This document shows, in pieces, positions 10,442 through 21,500 of a stretch of DNA of 64,000 nucleotides (its first letter is position 1; each line of letters starts with the position of its first letter). The DNA comes from Nostoc sp. (GTDB lineage Bacteria > Cyanobacteriota > Cyanobacteriia > Cyanobacteriales > Nostocaceae). Under the pieces are notes generated by a model. It worked only from the letters and a program-made list of their open reading frames with translations, did not search any database and was not told the DNA's origin. Made by a program: the position numbers and the translations under genes. The DNA is taken from assembly GCA_036918135.1 (NCBI GenBank), contig JBALDB010000053.1, positions 181,565 to 245,564 on the forward strand, written 5' to 3'.

Positions 10442-11725
10442 CTAGACTAGTGCTGGTACAGGAATTTCCAGGTGAGGATATAAGGGGAAGCGATCGCACA
10501 ATGCTGCTACCCGTTGTTTACAATCTTGGGTAACTACATCCGAATCTGGAGAAAGCAGGCGATCGGCAATAATATTTCCAATCTCGGTAAATTCTGCTAC
10601 TCCCAAGCCCCGCGTAGTCATTGCTGGCGAACCTAACCTTAATCCACTAGTAACAAATGGTGACTCCGGATCGAAGGGAACAGTATTTTTATTAGCAGTA
10701 ATATTCACGGTACTGACTAGCCGATCCGCCTGCTTACCAGTTAGACCGATAGACCGTAAATCTACTAACATTAAATGGTTATCAGTACCATTAGATACTA
10801 ACTTTAAACCCCGGTCTTGCAATTGTTTAGCTAAAGCACGAGCATTTTCAATCACTTGGGCAGAATAGGTTTTAAACTCAGGCTTCAGGGCTTCTCCAAA
10901 AGCCACTGCCTTAGCAGCAATCACGTGTTCCAATGGCCCGCCCTGGCTACCAGGAAAAACCGATTTATCTAGCTTTTTACCTAGTTCTACGTCATCGGTC
11001 AAAATTAAGCCACCTCTAGGGCCGCGTAGAGTCTTATGGGTAGTTGTTGTTACTACATGACAATGAGGAATGGGGTCGGGATGAAGACCACTAGCAACTA
11101 AACCAGCAATATGGGCGATGTCAGCAAGTAAGTAAGCGCCGATTTCATCAGCAATGCTGCGGAACTTTTGAAAATCAATCACACGTGGATAAGCAGAATA
11201 ACCACAAATCAGCAGCTTAGGACGCTCCCTTAGCGCCAGCTCCCGAATTTGGTCATAGTCAAGTTGTTCTGTTTGTTGGCTGACGCCGTAGTGGCTAACT
11301 TGGAACCACTTACCTGAGACATTTACAGGGGAACCGTGGGTGAGATGTCCCCCATGAGACAAATCCATTCCCATAATTTTGTCTCCTGGTTCCAGCAGCG
11401 AGAGGAATACGGCAAAATTAGCCTGTGCGCCAGAATGGGGTTGTACATTTGCATGAGCAGCACCAAATATTTGTTTAGCACGGTCGATCGCTAGTTGCTC
11501 GATTTTGTCGATAAACTCACAACCGCCATAGTAGCGTTTACCGGGTAATCCCTCGGCATATTTATTTGTCAGTACCGAACCTTGAGCCGCCAGTACAGCA
11601 GCAGAGGTAAAGTTTTCACTCGCAATCAACTCTAAATGGTCTTGCTGACGCTGTAGTTCATCGTTGATTAACTCCGCGATCGCCGGATCGCCAGAGGCCA
11701 GAAAATCTGAATTAGTCCTAGTCAC
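10442..11725 (-). CDS. glyA: Serine hydroxymethyltransferase
   Basis: [40 protein letters not shown] start at 11725. Confidence 0.97.
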   Translation of the reverse strand: MTRTNSDFLASGDPAIAELINDELQRQQDHLELIASENFTSAAVLAAQGSVLTNKYAEGLPGKRYYGGCEFIDKIEQLAIDRAKQIFGAAHANVQPHSGAQANFAVFLSLLEPGDKIMGMDLSHGGHLTHGSPVNVSGKWFQVSHYGVSQQTEQLDYDQIRELALRERPKLLICGYSAYPRVIDFQKFRSIADEIGAYLLADIAHIAGLVASGLHPDPIPHCHVVTTTTHKTLRGPRGGLILTDDVELGKKLDKSVFPGSQGGPLEHVIAAKAVAFGEALKPEFKTYSAQVIENARALAKQLQDRGLKLVSNGTDNHLMLVDLRSIGLTGKQADRLVSTVNITANKNTVPFDPESPFVTSGLRLGSPAMTTRGLGVAEFTEIGNIIADRLLSPDSDVVTQDCKQRVAALCDRFPLYPHLEIPVPALV

Positions 11726-12141
11726 TTCAATTATCCTTATAGAAATTTGGACAACGGCTGATTTTGGTTGTATCAGCACCTAAGTTAACAGTCAACAGTC
11801 CATAAATCAAAGTAGTTCAATGGTTTTTGACTGGTTTAGAAAAGCGATTAATCGTCTCCGTAGTTTGGAGGTTTTTTGCGTCAATTTATTTATTAGACCC
11901 AAACTCGATTAATGCATTAACAATCATAACGTTGCTCTTTGAACCTGGGTTAGACGTTCTCAACAAGATTGCTGATTTTCCATTATTCAGATGGAGTTGT
12001 GTCAGAGTTGGAAACGAAATAGATTCGTGAAATAATTGAAGGCTCCTATTGCGTCATCTACTACATAAAACCCAAACAAATTGTCAAACCTGTGATATTC
12101 GCAATTAGCGAGTTGTTAACTACAGTTAAAATTTTCTGGCG

Positions 12142-12172
12142 TGTAGAGACGTTGCATCGCAACATCTCTACA
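12142..12172. repeat. GTAG-type REP-like palindrome
   Basis: tgtagagacgttgc-atc-gcaacatctctaca. Confidence 0.7.
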
Positions 12173-12234
12173 AGTTTATGTCCTAATGCCTTTAACCTAT
12201 AATTAAAAGATTCAACGCTACCGAGACAACGACT

Positions 12235-12960
12235 ATGCTGTCAAAAGATCTCAAAAATGCGTTACCTACAACTGAGGAATTGCTTTGTAGTGACGATACA
12301 CCCGTGGATAACGAAAACCAAAATTTGTTGCCCAATATTCTACTGTTTTTACTTAACTCGATATGGGCTGCACGGATGGATTGGTTCTTTGGGGTAGACA
12401 TGGCTGTGTATCACACTACAGGAGCGAATCCCAGAGTGCCCGTAGTGCCAGATGCATTTTTGAGTGTGGGAGTGGAACGGAAAAAAGGTGGCAAACCACG
12501 TACAAGTTACGCAGTTTGGGAAGAAAATGGCGTAGTTCCTATACTCACATTAGAGATAGTATCCCATACACCAGGGGGTGAGTATGACGAAAAAATGGTG
12601 ATATATACCAAACTTGGTGTGTTGTACTATGTAATTTACAATCCAGAATTTTGGCGACGCGACCAACATCAACCATTTGAAGTGTACAAGTTAGTGGATG
12701 GTAAGTATCAATTGCAGATAAATGAACCATTATGGATGCTAGAAATAGGTTTAGGTATTGGTAGATACCAAGGTATAGTTGGTGGCATTCCACAGGAGTT
12801 ATTGTCATAGTATGACAAACAGGGCGATCGCTATTTGACCCTAGAAGAACAAGCTCAGCAAGAAAGACTACGTGCTGAAGCTGAACGACTACACGCTGAA
12901 CAATTAGCGCAGTATTTGCGATCGTTGGGCATCGATCCTGATAATCTACCTAGTAAGTAA
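12235..12960 (+). pseudogene. Uma2-family (DUF820) protein with an internal TAG at 12808-12810
   Basis: Uma2 motifs (DDTPVDNE, VVPDAFL, LEIVS). The same frame continues YDKQGDRYLT...LGIDPDNLPSK* to 12960. Confidence 0.75.
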
Positions 12961-13043
12961 ATCGACGCTAATATTTCAAGCTATGTCAATAGTTAGGCTG
13001 CTTATGCTTGAGGGAATGACCGCAAGACAAGGATAATAAACCA

Positions 13044-13796
13044 GTGTCCGAGTTTGCAGACAAGGTAGCCATAGTCACTGGCGCAGCAACCGGTCTGAGC
13101 GAAGCCATTGCCGTCAAGCTGTACGAGAACGGTGCGAGGATCGTCCTTGCGGACATCGACATCGCCCAGGCACATGAAGTGGCCGGGCGACTGGATTCGT
13201 CTGGCAAGCGTACATATGTCATTGAGACAGACGTATCCGATCATCGCGCCGTCGAGGCGATGGTAGCCAAGACAGTGAAGCGCTTCGGGGGGCTACACAT
13301 GGCTGTCAACAATGCCGGCTTCACAGGATCGCACGAGACCTGCATTGCTGATTATGAGATTGAATGGTGGCATCGCACGATCGCGACAAATCTAGGCGGC
13401 ATCTTCTTCGGACTGAAATACGAAATTCCAGCAACGATCCAAAGCGGTGGCGGAGTAATTGTCAACATGTCGTCGGTCGCTGGCGCGGTTGGAGTCGCTG
13501 GTATCAGTCCCTACGTCGCCGCCAAGCACGGCATCATCGGACTGACGAAGGCGGCGGCACTGGAATATGCCAGCCAAGGCATCCGGGCGATCGCAATCGG
13601 ACCAGGCTATGTTGACACACCCAAGATGCGCGAATTACCAGAGGAAGTGCTGGCGCAGATGGCCGCCTCGCACCCTTTAGGTCGCCTCGCACGAACCGAG
13701 GAGGTCGCGGACATGGTTAGCTTCTTGTTATCGGAGCGTGCCTCCTTCGTCACCGGCAGTTTCCATTTGCTGGACGGCGGCTACACCGCGCAGTAG
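13044..13796 (+). CDS. Classical short-chain dehydrogenase/reductase, GC-rich
   Basis: VAIVTGAATG, NNAG, NMSS, YVAAKHG, DGGYTAQ. GTG start with aagga upstream. Confidence 0.9.
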   Translation: MSEFADKVAIVTGAATGLSEAIAVKLYENGARIVLADIDIAQAHEVAGRLDSSGKRTYVIETDVSDHRAVEAMVAKTVKRFGGLHMAVNNAGFTGSHETCIADYEIEWWHRTIATNLGGIFFGLKYEIPATIQSGGGVIVNMSSVAGAVGVAGISPYVAAKHGIIGLTKAAALEYASQGIRAIAIGPGYVDTPKMRELPEEVLAQMAASHPLGRLARTEEVADMVSFLLSERASFVTGSFHLLDGGYTAQ

Positions 13797-13930
13797 CGAT
13801 CGCTCTGTTGAGGTAATGCGTTGGCGAAGTGACTCTCAAAGAGTCTCGTCTCAAATGACTGATTCATAAACAACAAGATTCCCGACTTTTTAAAGAAAGT
13901 CGAGAGTCTGAGGTTTAGGATATTCACAAA

Positions 13931-14182
13931 TCAAATAGAATTCATATAGCGATTTTGATAGTAAGCCAAAATCTGGTTAACTCGTTGCTGACTTTCTAAA
14001 GTAGAGTTTGCTGAGCGCGTAAGCCTTAAGCCACCAATTTGACTTTGATTGTAATCAAACTGTTGGGATGACTGGGGAATCAAATCTACTTCTACCCCTT
14101 CGACTTGACGTAAATGCGCTGCAATTTCTCGATAAACTGCTAAAGGCAAACCAGGGAATTCGATTTTTTCCTTAGTTTCCAT
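13931..14182 (-). CDS. Conserved cyanobacterial hypothetical protein
   Basis: GLPLAVYREIAAHLRQV and FDYNQSQIGGL. Closely downstream of the lipoprotein gene. Confidence 0.75.
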   Translation of the reverse strand: METKEKIEFPGLPLAVYREIAAHLRQVEGVEVDLIPQSSQQFDYNQSQIGGLRLTRSANSTLESQQRVNQILAYYQNRYMNSI

Positions 14183-14201
14183 CTTTTATTAAGCTCCCAC
14201 A

Positions 14202-15089
14202 TTAACTGGATTTTGGGGGGGGTGTCTCTAAAATAGGATTGCCAGTAGCAGATGCCGCTGATGGCGTTGCCGCTGATGGCGTTGAGTTGACAGACCCTTC
14301 CCCTACCATTTTGGCAACTTCGATACCATATTGTTCCAAAATCACAATCGGATTGGAGCCTCCATTCATTTCAATGCGTTTAATCAGTACGCCATTGGCT
14401 AATCGCTGTCCCGCCTCCACATAGCGACTCGTCGGCTCATCTGGTACTTTGATAATTGCCTGTGGTTGCTTACTAATGAGAACTACACCACTCACAACCA
14501 CTGCTCTTGCTAAATCAGGTTGTTGGGCTGGTGGCAATACAGATACTAAAGTTGGGTTGGGCACAACTTGAGGCAAAACCTTAGGCAAGACTGAAGTCAA
14601 AGTAGTATTAACTTTAGGCAAACGAGTATTGACTTTAGCCAAACTAGTATTGACTTTTTTTGGTACAGCAGCGATGTTATTTTTCTTTTGATTGAAAGCT
14701 ATGGTACTTGTTGGCAGTTTTCGCACTGCTGTTGATGCAGTAGGTAGCTTAGGCAACACGGGAACAGCTCTTCCTGATATTTTAGGCACTCCAATAACCG
14801 TCTGTCCAAAAATTTCAGCAAACGGGTCAGTACGGTTTTTTGATACCATAACTACTTTTGCCCGTTCTGTAGGATTAGTAGATTGAATTAAGTTAAGACT
14901 TGCAGAAGAAACTTGTGAAACCTGTTTAGCAGGTACGACTGGATTCTTAAAAGATTGAGCCGCTGGTTGTGATTTTGCTATTTGAGGAATTGGCGCCGGA
15001 TTGCTGGCTTGCGGTGTATCTTCAGAAGCACATCCAGCAATCGCCAAGCTTAAAATAGCTGCAATTGTAATTGTTGAATTTCTGCCCAT
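14202..15089 (-). CDS. Lipoprotein, PilP-like
   Basis: Lipobox IAGC, Pro-rich linker containing RTDPF, and a C-terminal beta-domain resembling PilP. Confidence 0.6.
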   Translation of the reverse strand: MGRNSTITIAAILSLAIAGCASEDTPQASNPAPIPQIAKSQPAAQSFKNPVVPAKQVSQVSSASLNLIQSTNPTERAKVVMVSKNRTDPFAEIFGQTVIGVPKISGRAVPVLPKLPTASTAVRKLPTSTIAFNQKKNNIAAVPKKVNTSLAKVNTRLPKVNTTLTSVLPKVLPQVVPNPTLVSVLPPAQQPDLARAVVVSGVVLISKQPQAIIKVPDEPTSRYVEAGQRLANGVLIKRIEMNGGSNPIVILEQYGIEVAKMVGEGSVNSTPSAATPSAASATGNPILETPPPKSS

Positions 15090-15253
15090 GAGTCTTTCTT
15101 AAAAGCCATTGGAGAATTGAAAACTGGAAATCAATATGCCTAAAATTTCTATTCCAGGCAAAGTCTGTTCCCTTTATAACCTAATTTTTGGTTTTTCAAG
15201 GGTTATTTTTCGCACCGCTAACCCAGCATAACTGCGGGTTTACTAATCGGTAG

Positions 15254-16030
15254 CTAATCCTCTGCTACACCCATCAGCTGTTTCATCAAATCCAGGCCTT
15301 TCTTAACTCTACGGGAAACAGTTACTACACTGATACCTAGATGTTCTGCAACTTGTTTTTGTGTCAAATCTTGCAAAAACACACATTCCAACACATCACG
15401 GGTACGTTTTTCTACCTGAACCAATGCTTGTTGCAAGCGAAGTTGGTCTTCTTGTGCTAGTTGAAAGCTGCGGTAGTGAGGATCGGGAACTAATTCTCCC
15501 AAACAAGTAGAGCCTTCTTCTCCATCCTGAACTGGCACATCTAAACTCAAGGGAGCGCGATTCACCCATGCTAATTTAATTTCTTGCCATTCAGTTGTAG
15601 AAATTTTCAGCGCTGCTGCTAATTCCGAATCTGTTGGTTGGCGATTATGTGTTTCACGCCAAGAACGTGAAACTCCTATTGCTTGCTGTTGTAGTGCTAA
15701 CCATCTCCGAGGAATTCGCACGGTGACGCCTTTATCTCGCAAATAGTGTTGAATTTCCCCTCGAATATAGGGAAGAGCATAGGAACTAAAAGCATGTCCC
15801 TTGGAAAGTTCAAATCTTTCAATAGCTCTAATTAAACCCAAACATCCAACCTGGAGTAAATCATCATAGGTTTCATGACATTGATTTGTCCAGTAGTGAG
15901 CTTCTTTTCTCACAAGTCCAAAATTGAGTTTTACCAGTTGATTGCGAATATTTTCAGAGCGAGATTGCTGATATTCTCGTAACAACTGCCAAATTTCGTG
16001 TTTTAGTTCATTGGTGACTGTGGTAGGCAT
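15254..16030 (-). CDS. sigF: Group 3 RNA polymerase sigma factor SigF
   Basis: Region 2 (DLLQVGCLGLIRAIERF, YIRGEIQHYLRDK) and region 4 HTH (TQKQVAEHLGISVVTVSRR). Next to psbO as in Nostoc. ATG at 16030. Confidence 0.85.
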   Translation of the reverse strand: MPTTVTNELKHEIWQLLREYQQSRSENIRNQLVKLNFGLVRKEAHYWTNQCHETYDDLLQVGCLGLIRAIERFELSKGHAFSSYALPYIRGEIQHYLRDKGVTVRIPRRWLALQQQAIGVSRSWRETHNRQPTDSELAAALKISTTEWQEIKLAWVNRAPLSLDVPVQDGEEGSTCLGELVPDPHYRSFQLAQEDQLRLQQALVQVEKRTRDVLECVFLQDLTQKQVAEHLGISVVTVSRRVKKGLDLMKQLMGVAED

Positions 16031-16580
16031 AGCACCGGGTTTATTGAGCAAATAAAGAATTAATAACTGGCGCTTAAACTCAGCTGCGCTCGCGCACAAT
16101 ATCAAATAAAATATCGTGCTATATGCCCTAGTAAATCTATGAAAAATAACAAATTCTTCGATAATTTTTCCCTAGTTTACTTGACAATTGAGCAATATTT
16201 AAATGGGCAAAATCTGTCGTTATTTAATTTTTTATCCACAAAGAATTCAAGAGTCAAGACTGGAGCCAAAGATGCTCCCAAATTATGACTTCTGAATTAT
16301 TCTTCAATTAATTTGGTTATTAGCTGTAGTTTTTAAACAAAAACTGCATAGAAATAAAATATATAATTAATTACTAAATATCAAACCGAGATTGTACTTA
16401 ATTTATTTAATTAATGCGGAAATTCACTTCTAGAAACAAGACGATAATGGTGAGAATTTTATTAGATAAATCAAAACTGAATTTCCAGTAAAATTACATA
16501 TAGACTTAAAAAAATTCATTTAGTATTCAAAAATTACTAAATAAAAGTTAAAACTTAGTATGTATATTTACGCAAGTAAT

Positions 16581-16603
16581 AAAAAAAGGGCATTTTGCCC
16601 TTT
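16581..16603 (-). terminator. Probable psbO terminator
   Basis: Hairpin aaagggca-ttt-tgcccttt with an A-tract that reads as a U-tract on the minus strand. Confidence 0.6.
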
Positions 16604-16749
16604 ACTGTAGTTAATTTATAGCGATTTTGTAAAAACCCACTTACCCCCTAAATAAAAGGGAGTAAGGGATTAACTCTTGCGATCGAAGCTGATGCTGACA
16701 GAATTCTAGTTCTGAATGCTAGTCAGTTACCTAACTCAAGAGGATTTAG

Positions 16750-17583
16750 CTATGATTTTGATTCAACCCGACCGTAAAATATACCGCGAATCTTAACTTC
16801 TTTAGGTTCGCCAGCACCTAAATCGGTATCAGATGGCTGTTCGCTGAGGAAAGTACCAGCAATTTCACCACTACCGCTATCTACCTTAGCTATTTGCAGA
16901 GAAATCTTACCATTGAGAATTTCAGCACGCTTGACGTTAGTACGGGTAAGTTCTTCATCATCCGCTTGAGCAGGTAGAGCCACGGCGTTATCATACCCAC
17001 TAACGACACCACGACCTTTAGGATCTAGGAAGGCAGCACCACGATAGGAAGGAACTTTGAAAGAGCCTTCAAAGTCGGTGGAAGTATTAATACTGGTCAA
17101 ATTGGGTTGGGTTTGAGCAACTAAATTTTTGATCGTGAACAAGAAAGGTACTCGCTCACCACCAGGGAGTTGTACAGTGATGGCTTGGAAGTCAAGACCA
17201 TCAGTCTCTACAAAAGTCAGACTATTATCTGAGTTGAATTTCAAGTCGCCTTGTACCTGGTCAATGCTGGAAGTGTATCTAGTCAACAATTTGCCAGCAA
17301 CAAATTCTGCTTCTTGCCGTTTATTAGCAGGTTCTTCTTTGATGAAAAAACTAGTTGGTTCCAAGCAAAGTTCTTTGATGGTATAGGACTGGCTAGAATC
17401 AAGGGGAATAGAACCACGCCTTGTTTCTGTTAGTTGAGGGCATTTATTAGCCAAGCCAGTGCCTCGAATTTGTTCGTAAGTGAGTACATCCCTACCACTA
17501 CTAGTGGCAGGAGCATCACTACAAGCTGTTATCAACCCCAGGCACAAAGCCAAAAATGCGACAATTAAAGCGCGATACCTCAT
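16750..17583 (-). CDS. psbO: Photosystem II manganese-stabilizing protein
   Basis: GTGLANKCP, GGERVPFLFT, PSYRGAAFLDPKGRG, QPSDTDLG. ATG at 17583. Confidence 0.97.
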   Translation of the reverse strand: MRYRALIVAFLALCLGLITACSDAPATSSGRDVLTYEQIRGTGLANKCPQLTETRRGSIPLDSSQSYTIKELCLEPTSFFIKEEPANKRQEAEFVAGKLLTRYTSSIDQVQGDLKFNSDNSLTFVETDGLDFQAITVQLPGGERVPFLFTIKNLVAQTQPNLTSINTSTDFEGSFKVPSYRGAAFLDPKGRGVVSGYDNAVALPAQADDEELTRTNVKRAEILNGKISLQIAKVDSGSGEIAGTFLSEQPSDTDLGAGEPKEVKIRGIFYGRVESKS

Positions 17584-18044
17584 GGTCAACCTCAATCTCA
17601 AAAATTAATATCTAAGTTGTAAAACTGCATCGAACTGTGTTATGTATGTGACGCCACTACATACAGCCTATGGTTTAATGGGTAAATCAGCCAGATCATA
17701 CGATTTTTTTTAACTCAAAATCAAAGTACTCTAGTCTCAACCAAAAATGTTTATATCGCCTCTAGCTCCTGTGAAGGCTATGCTAAAGCGTACTACGCTG
17801 TTTTAAAAGCGATCGCAATTGCTTTTCATAAAGATACAAATCTAGTTATACTCAGCCCTGACTGAGGGAGCGGAGACTAGGGGACATGGGGATACGGTGA
17901 ATTCAGGAAAAATCTCTAGAAAACTCTACATTAGGTTTGTCTGGTTGGGTAAAGTGACAGCTATGAAATCAGTAGTGGCAAACTAGGGAAAATTAAAAAT
18001 CTCCGCTAAATTTGAGTTGAGTTGATTTACACGCAAAGGGTGGG

Positions 18045-18389
18045 ATGAACAACAAAACTATTGAATCACAGAAGTTGTCCTCAAAACTGCAAGCGATCGC
18101 AACTGTGGTACATGATACAGTTGAAAGTTGTCAAGGCGATACTGTAGCTCTGTTGTCTTTGCTACGAGAATTGGAGCAGTTACACCGAGAAATCCGAGAT
18201 GGGGTATTTCAACAGAGTTTGCCTGTCAACCGTCGCCAACTCTACTCACTGCTTAAAGATATTGAATCTGAGGGAGGCTGGCCTTATATTGAGCGGATGA
18301 AATTACAAGCTTTTTTAGCGAATTTGCCACAAGAAGACACTCAAGAAAATAACCCTGAGGTTTTGGAGAGCGATCGCTCTTTTGGTTAA
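18045..18389 (+). CDS. Conserved cyanobacterial hypothetical protein
   Basis: LLRELEQLHREIRDG...GGWPYIERMKL, helical. Confidence 0.75.
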   Translation: MNNKTIESQKLSSKLQAIATVVHDTVESCQGDTVALLSLLRELEQLHREIRDGVFQQSLPVNRRQLYSLLKDIESEGGWPYIERMKLQAFLANLPQEDTQENNPEVLESDRSFG

Positions 18390-18547
18390 TCGAGTCCAAA
18401 TCAATTGCTAAACCAAAAATCATTAGTCATTTGTCATTGGTCAGTCATTAATTAGGGACTTCTAGAAAATAAATTATCCGATTTCACACCCATCAAAATG
18501 ACTTTCTCTCCCGCTGCTCCTTGCTCCCTGCTCCCTGTGTCCTCTGC

Positions 18548-21500
18548 CTAGAGTATGCCGTCACAAAGATGGCGATCGCGCTGTTCAAGATTGTGGTTGT
18601 GCTTGAGGTAATCATGTACCCACTGGCAACCACGAACAACTAAATCATCAAGGTCTAAATTCCAAAGAATTATTGTGTTGTCATCACTAGCTGATGCTAG
18701 TGTTTGACCATCTGGGCTAAAGCTGACGCTTAATACTGGAGCGCGATGCCCATTGAGACTTTTAATTAATTTGCCTTCACGGCTCCAGAGTTTCACTGTA
18801 CCGTCCCAACTGGCAGCAGCGAGTAATTTCCCATTGGGACTGAAAGTTACGGCATTGACGCTATCGCTGTAGCCCTTTAACAAGGTTTTTAGCAATGTAC
18901 CATCCCGTCGCCAAAGTCTAACGGTGTTGTCCCAGCTGGCAGATGCCAACAACTCGTCAGTAGGACTAAAGCTGACACCCAATACCCAGCTGTCATGAGG
19001 CGAAAATGTTTTGAGCAAAGTACCGTCTCGCCGCCACAATTTGACTGTTTGATCGTCACTAGCAGAAGCTAAAACCTGATTATCAGGGCTGAAATTCACG
19101 CTATTTACCCAACCTTGATGCCCTACCAAGGTTTTGAGCAACTTGCCTTGACGATTCCAGAGTTTTATCGTTTTATCTTTGCTAGCTGATGCCAAAAACT
19201 CGCCATCTGGGCTGAAATTCACGCTCATCACACTATCGCTATGTCCGTGGAGAGTCACGATTAAAGTACCGTCAAGCCGCCAAAGTTTCACAGTTTTGTC
19301 ATAACTTCCTGAAGCTAGCATTTCACCTTTGGGGTCAAAACTGACACTAGGAACTTTATCTGTGTGCCCCACTAAGGTTTTGTAGAGTCTGGTTTTAACC
19401 TCGCCATTACTAGTGTCTCTTTGCCAGAGTTTGACAGTGCGATCGCTACTCCCAGAAGCTAGCATCTGGCCATGAGGACTCCAAGCAACGCTCAAAACTC
19501 GATCCTGATGTCCTTGAAGAATAGATGGTCTTGGGGCATCTAAACTCCACAATTTCACGTTTTTGTCAAAACTCCCCGAAGCCAGCAATTTATTATTAGG
19601 ACTGAAAGCTACGCTGGCAACAGCATCATTGTGTCCTTTGAAGGTTTTCAGTAAACTGCCAGTAATACTCCAAAGGTTTATGGTGTTATCTTCACTTCCA
19701 GAAGCTAATTTTTTCCCATCGAAACTAAAGCTTAAACTCCACACTGTGCTGGTATGCTGTTGTAAAGTTTTGTAAGGAAAAAAGTCAAAACCATTTTTAT
19801 TGGTGTTTTCTTCGCGCCGCCAAAGTTTCACTGTTTTGTCTCGACCTGCGGATGCCAACAGTTTACCGTCAGGGCTGAAAGTCACAACAGTTACACCCTG
19901 CTGATGTCCGTGCAAAGTTGTAACCAAGCTGCCATCCCGTCTCCAGATTTTCACTGTTTTATCGTCACTTGCGGAAGCGATGAACTGACCATCAGGACTG
20001 AAGCTTACCCAGTTAACCCAGCCGTGATGTCCCCTGAGTATTTTTACTAAGCTACCGTCTTGACGCCAGAGTTTTATGGTTGCATCTTTACTGCCGGTAG
20101 CTAATAATTGGCCATCAGGACTGAAATTAACGCTGTAAACCCAATCTCCATGTCCTTTTAAGGTTTTATCTGGGTGGGGGTAAAATTCACCTGTAATCGG
20201 GTTTTGCCGCCAGATTTGCACTGTTTTATCAAGACTAGCTGAGGCTAGGGTTTGACCATCTGGGCTGAAGCTGACGGCGGTTACCCCGTCAGTATGACCT
20301 TTGAGAGTCTGGAGTAAGGTACCGTCAGGACGCCAAAGTTTCACTGTCCGATCTTGACTCCCTGATGCTAGCAACTGACCATCTGGGCTGAAAGTTATTC
20401 CCCAGACAATCTCTGTGTGCCCTTGTAAACGGTTGACCTCCGTTACTCCATAAACTGCTTGTTGGAGGGCTGTCACTACCCGCATTCGGGTGTCTGGTTG
20501 CACGAGTTCTGCCTTTTTAAGTCGTCTCCAAGCCCGTAAACTTTCTAATAAAGCATCAAATTCTTTATTAGAGGCAAATAAAGCTTCGCTAGCAGCGGCG
20601 ATCGCACTAATTTTCAAGTTGGTTTCACTGCGTTCAGCTCGTAAAGTCTGGCGAACTGCTGCTGTTTTTTGTAAGTCAGCTTGCCACCATAATGCTGCTA
20701 TTGTTCCTCCCATGATTGCCAGCACTACGCCTGCTATACGTGCTTCTCTTAACCGCTTTTGTAAAACTAAATTGAGTTGCTGTTGACTAAGTTTTTGAGC
20801 TACTTCTGCTTTAGTTTTTTCCAGTTTGATTTTTTCTAGTTCGGCGATAATACCATAGTTGTTCTTTTGCCGAATTGGTTCGACTAAATAATCGTGAACT
20901 AATTGGTAGCGGTCACCTAACTCTTCTCTGACTCGTAACACCAACCCCGAACCTACCAATATTTCTAAAATTAGTTCCTCAACTATTTCAAAACCTGATA
21001 TTGTCTCGATATCATGATTATTAACTAATGCAGCAGCTAAATCAGTTTTAGTTTTTAATGGTCGCGTGCCTTTTTCATCGGTTAACTCAAATAATAATTT
21101 CCAACTTAATTTTTCGTTTTCCTGACCGCAGTCTTTGATAACTTCTCCAAGCCAGCGTTCTACCAATTTTGTCCAGCCACCACAAAGCTTATATTGTCCG
21201 AGTGTGGTAATATTTTCTATTTCCAGTTGAGCGCCGACTATTTGTAATTCAATTGGATGTACTTCCTCTAGTTCTCCTGTCAAATCTTGGACTAATCGAT
21301 TAATTAATTCATCACTTAGTTCATAATGTGAACGTTGAGTTAAACTATGAATTATCGCTTTGGCATCTTGGCTAGAAAATTTTCCTAAGTAGTAACGAAT
21401 ATCCTTATCTAGAATATTTTGATTAATTACTCCTAAATTATATATATTACTAATATTTTTCTGACTCAATCGTTCAAATTCTAATAAATAATGTAAATAG

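Noticed and set aside
10247..10533. Short ORFs and the N-terminal extension of cinA (PHTPHTPH...)
   Set aside because: These are translations of STRR repeats; CinA homology starts at MSAEII (10278).
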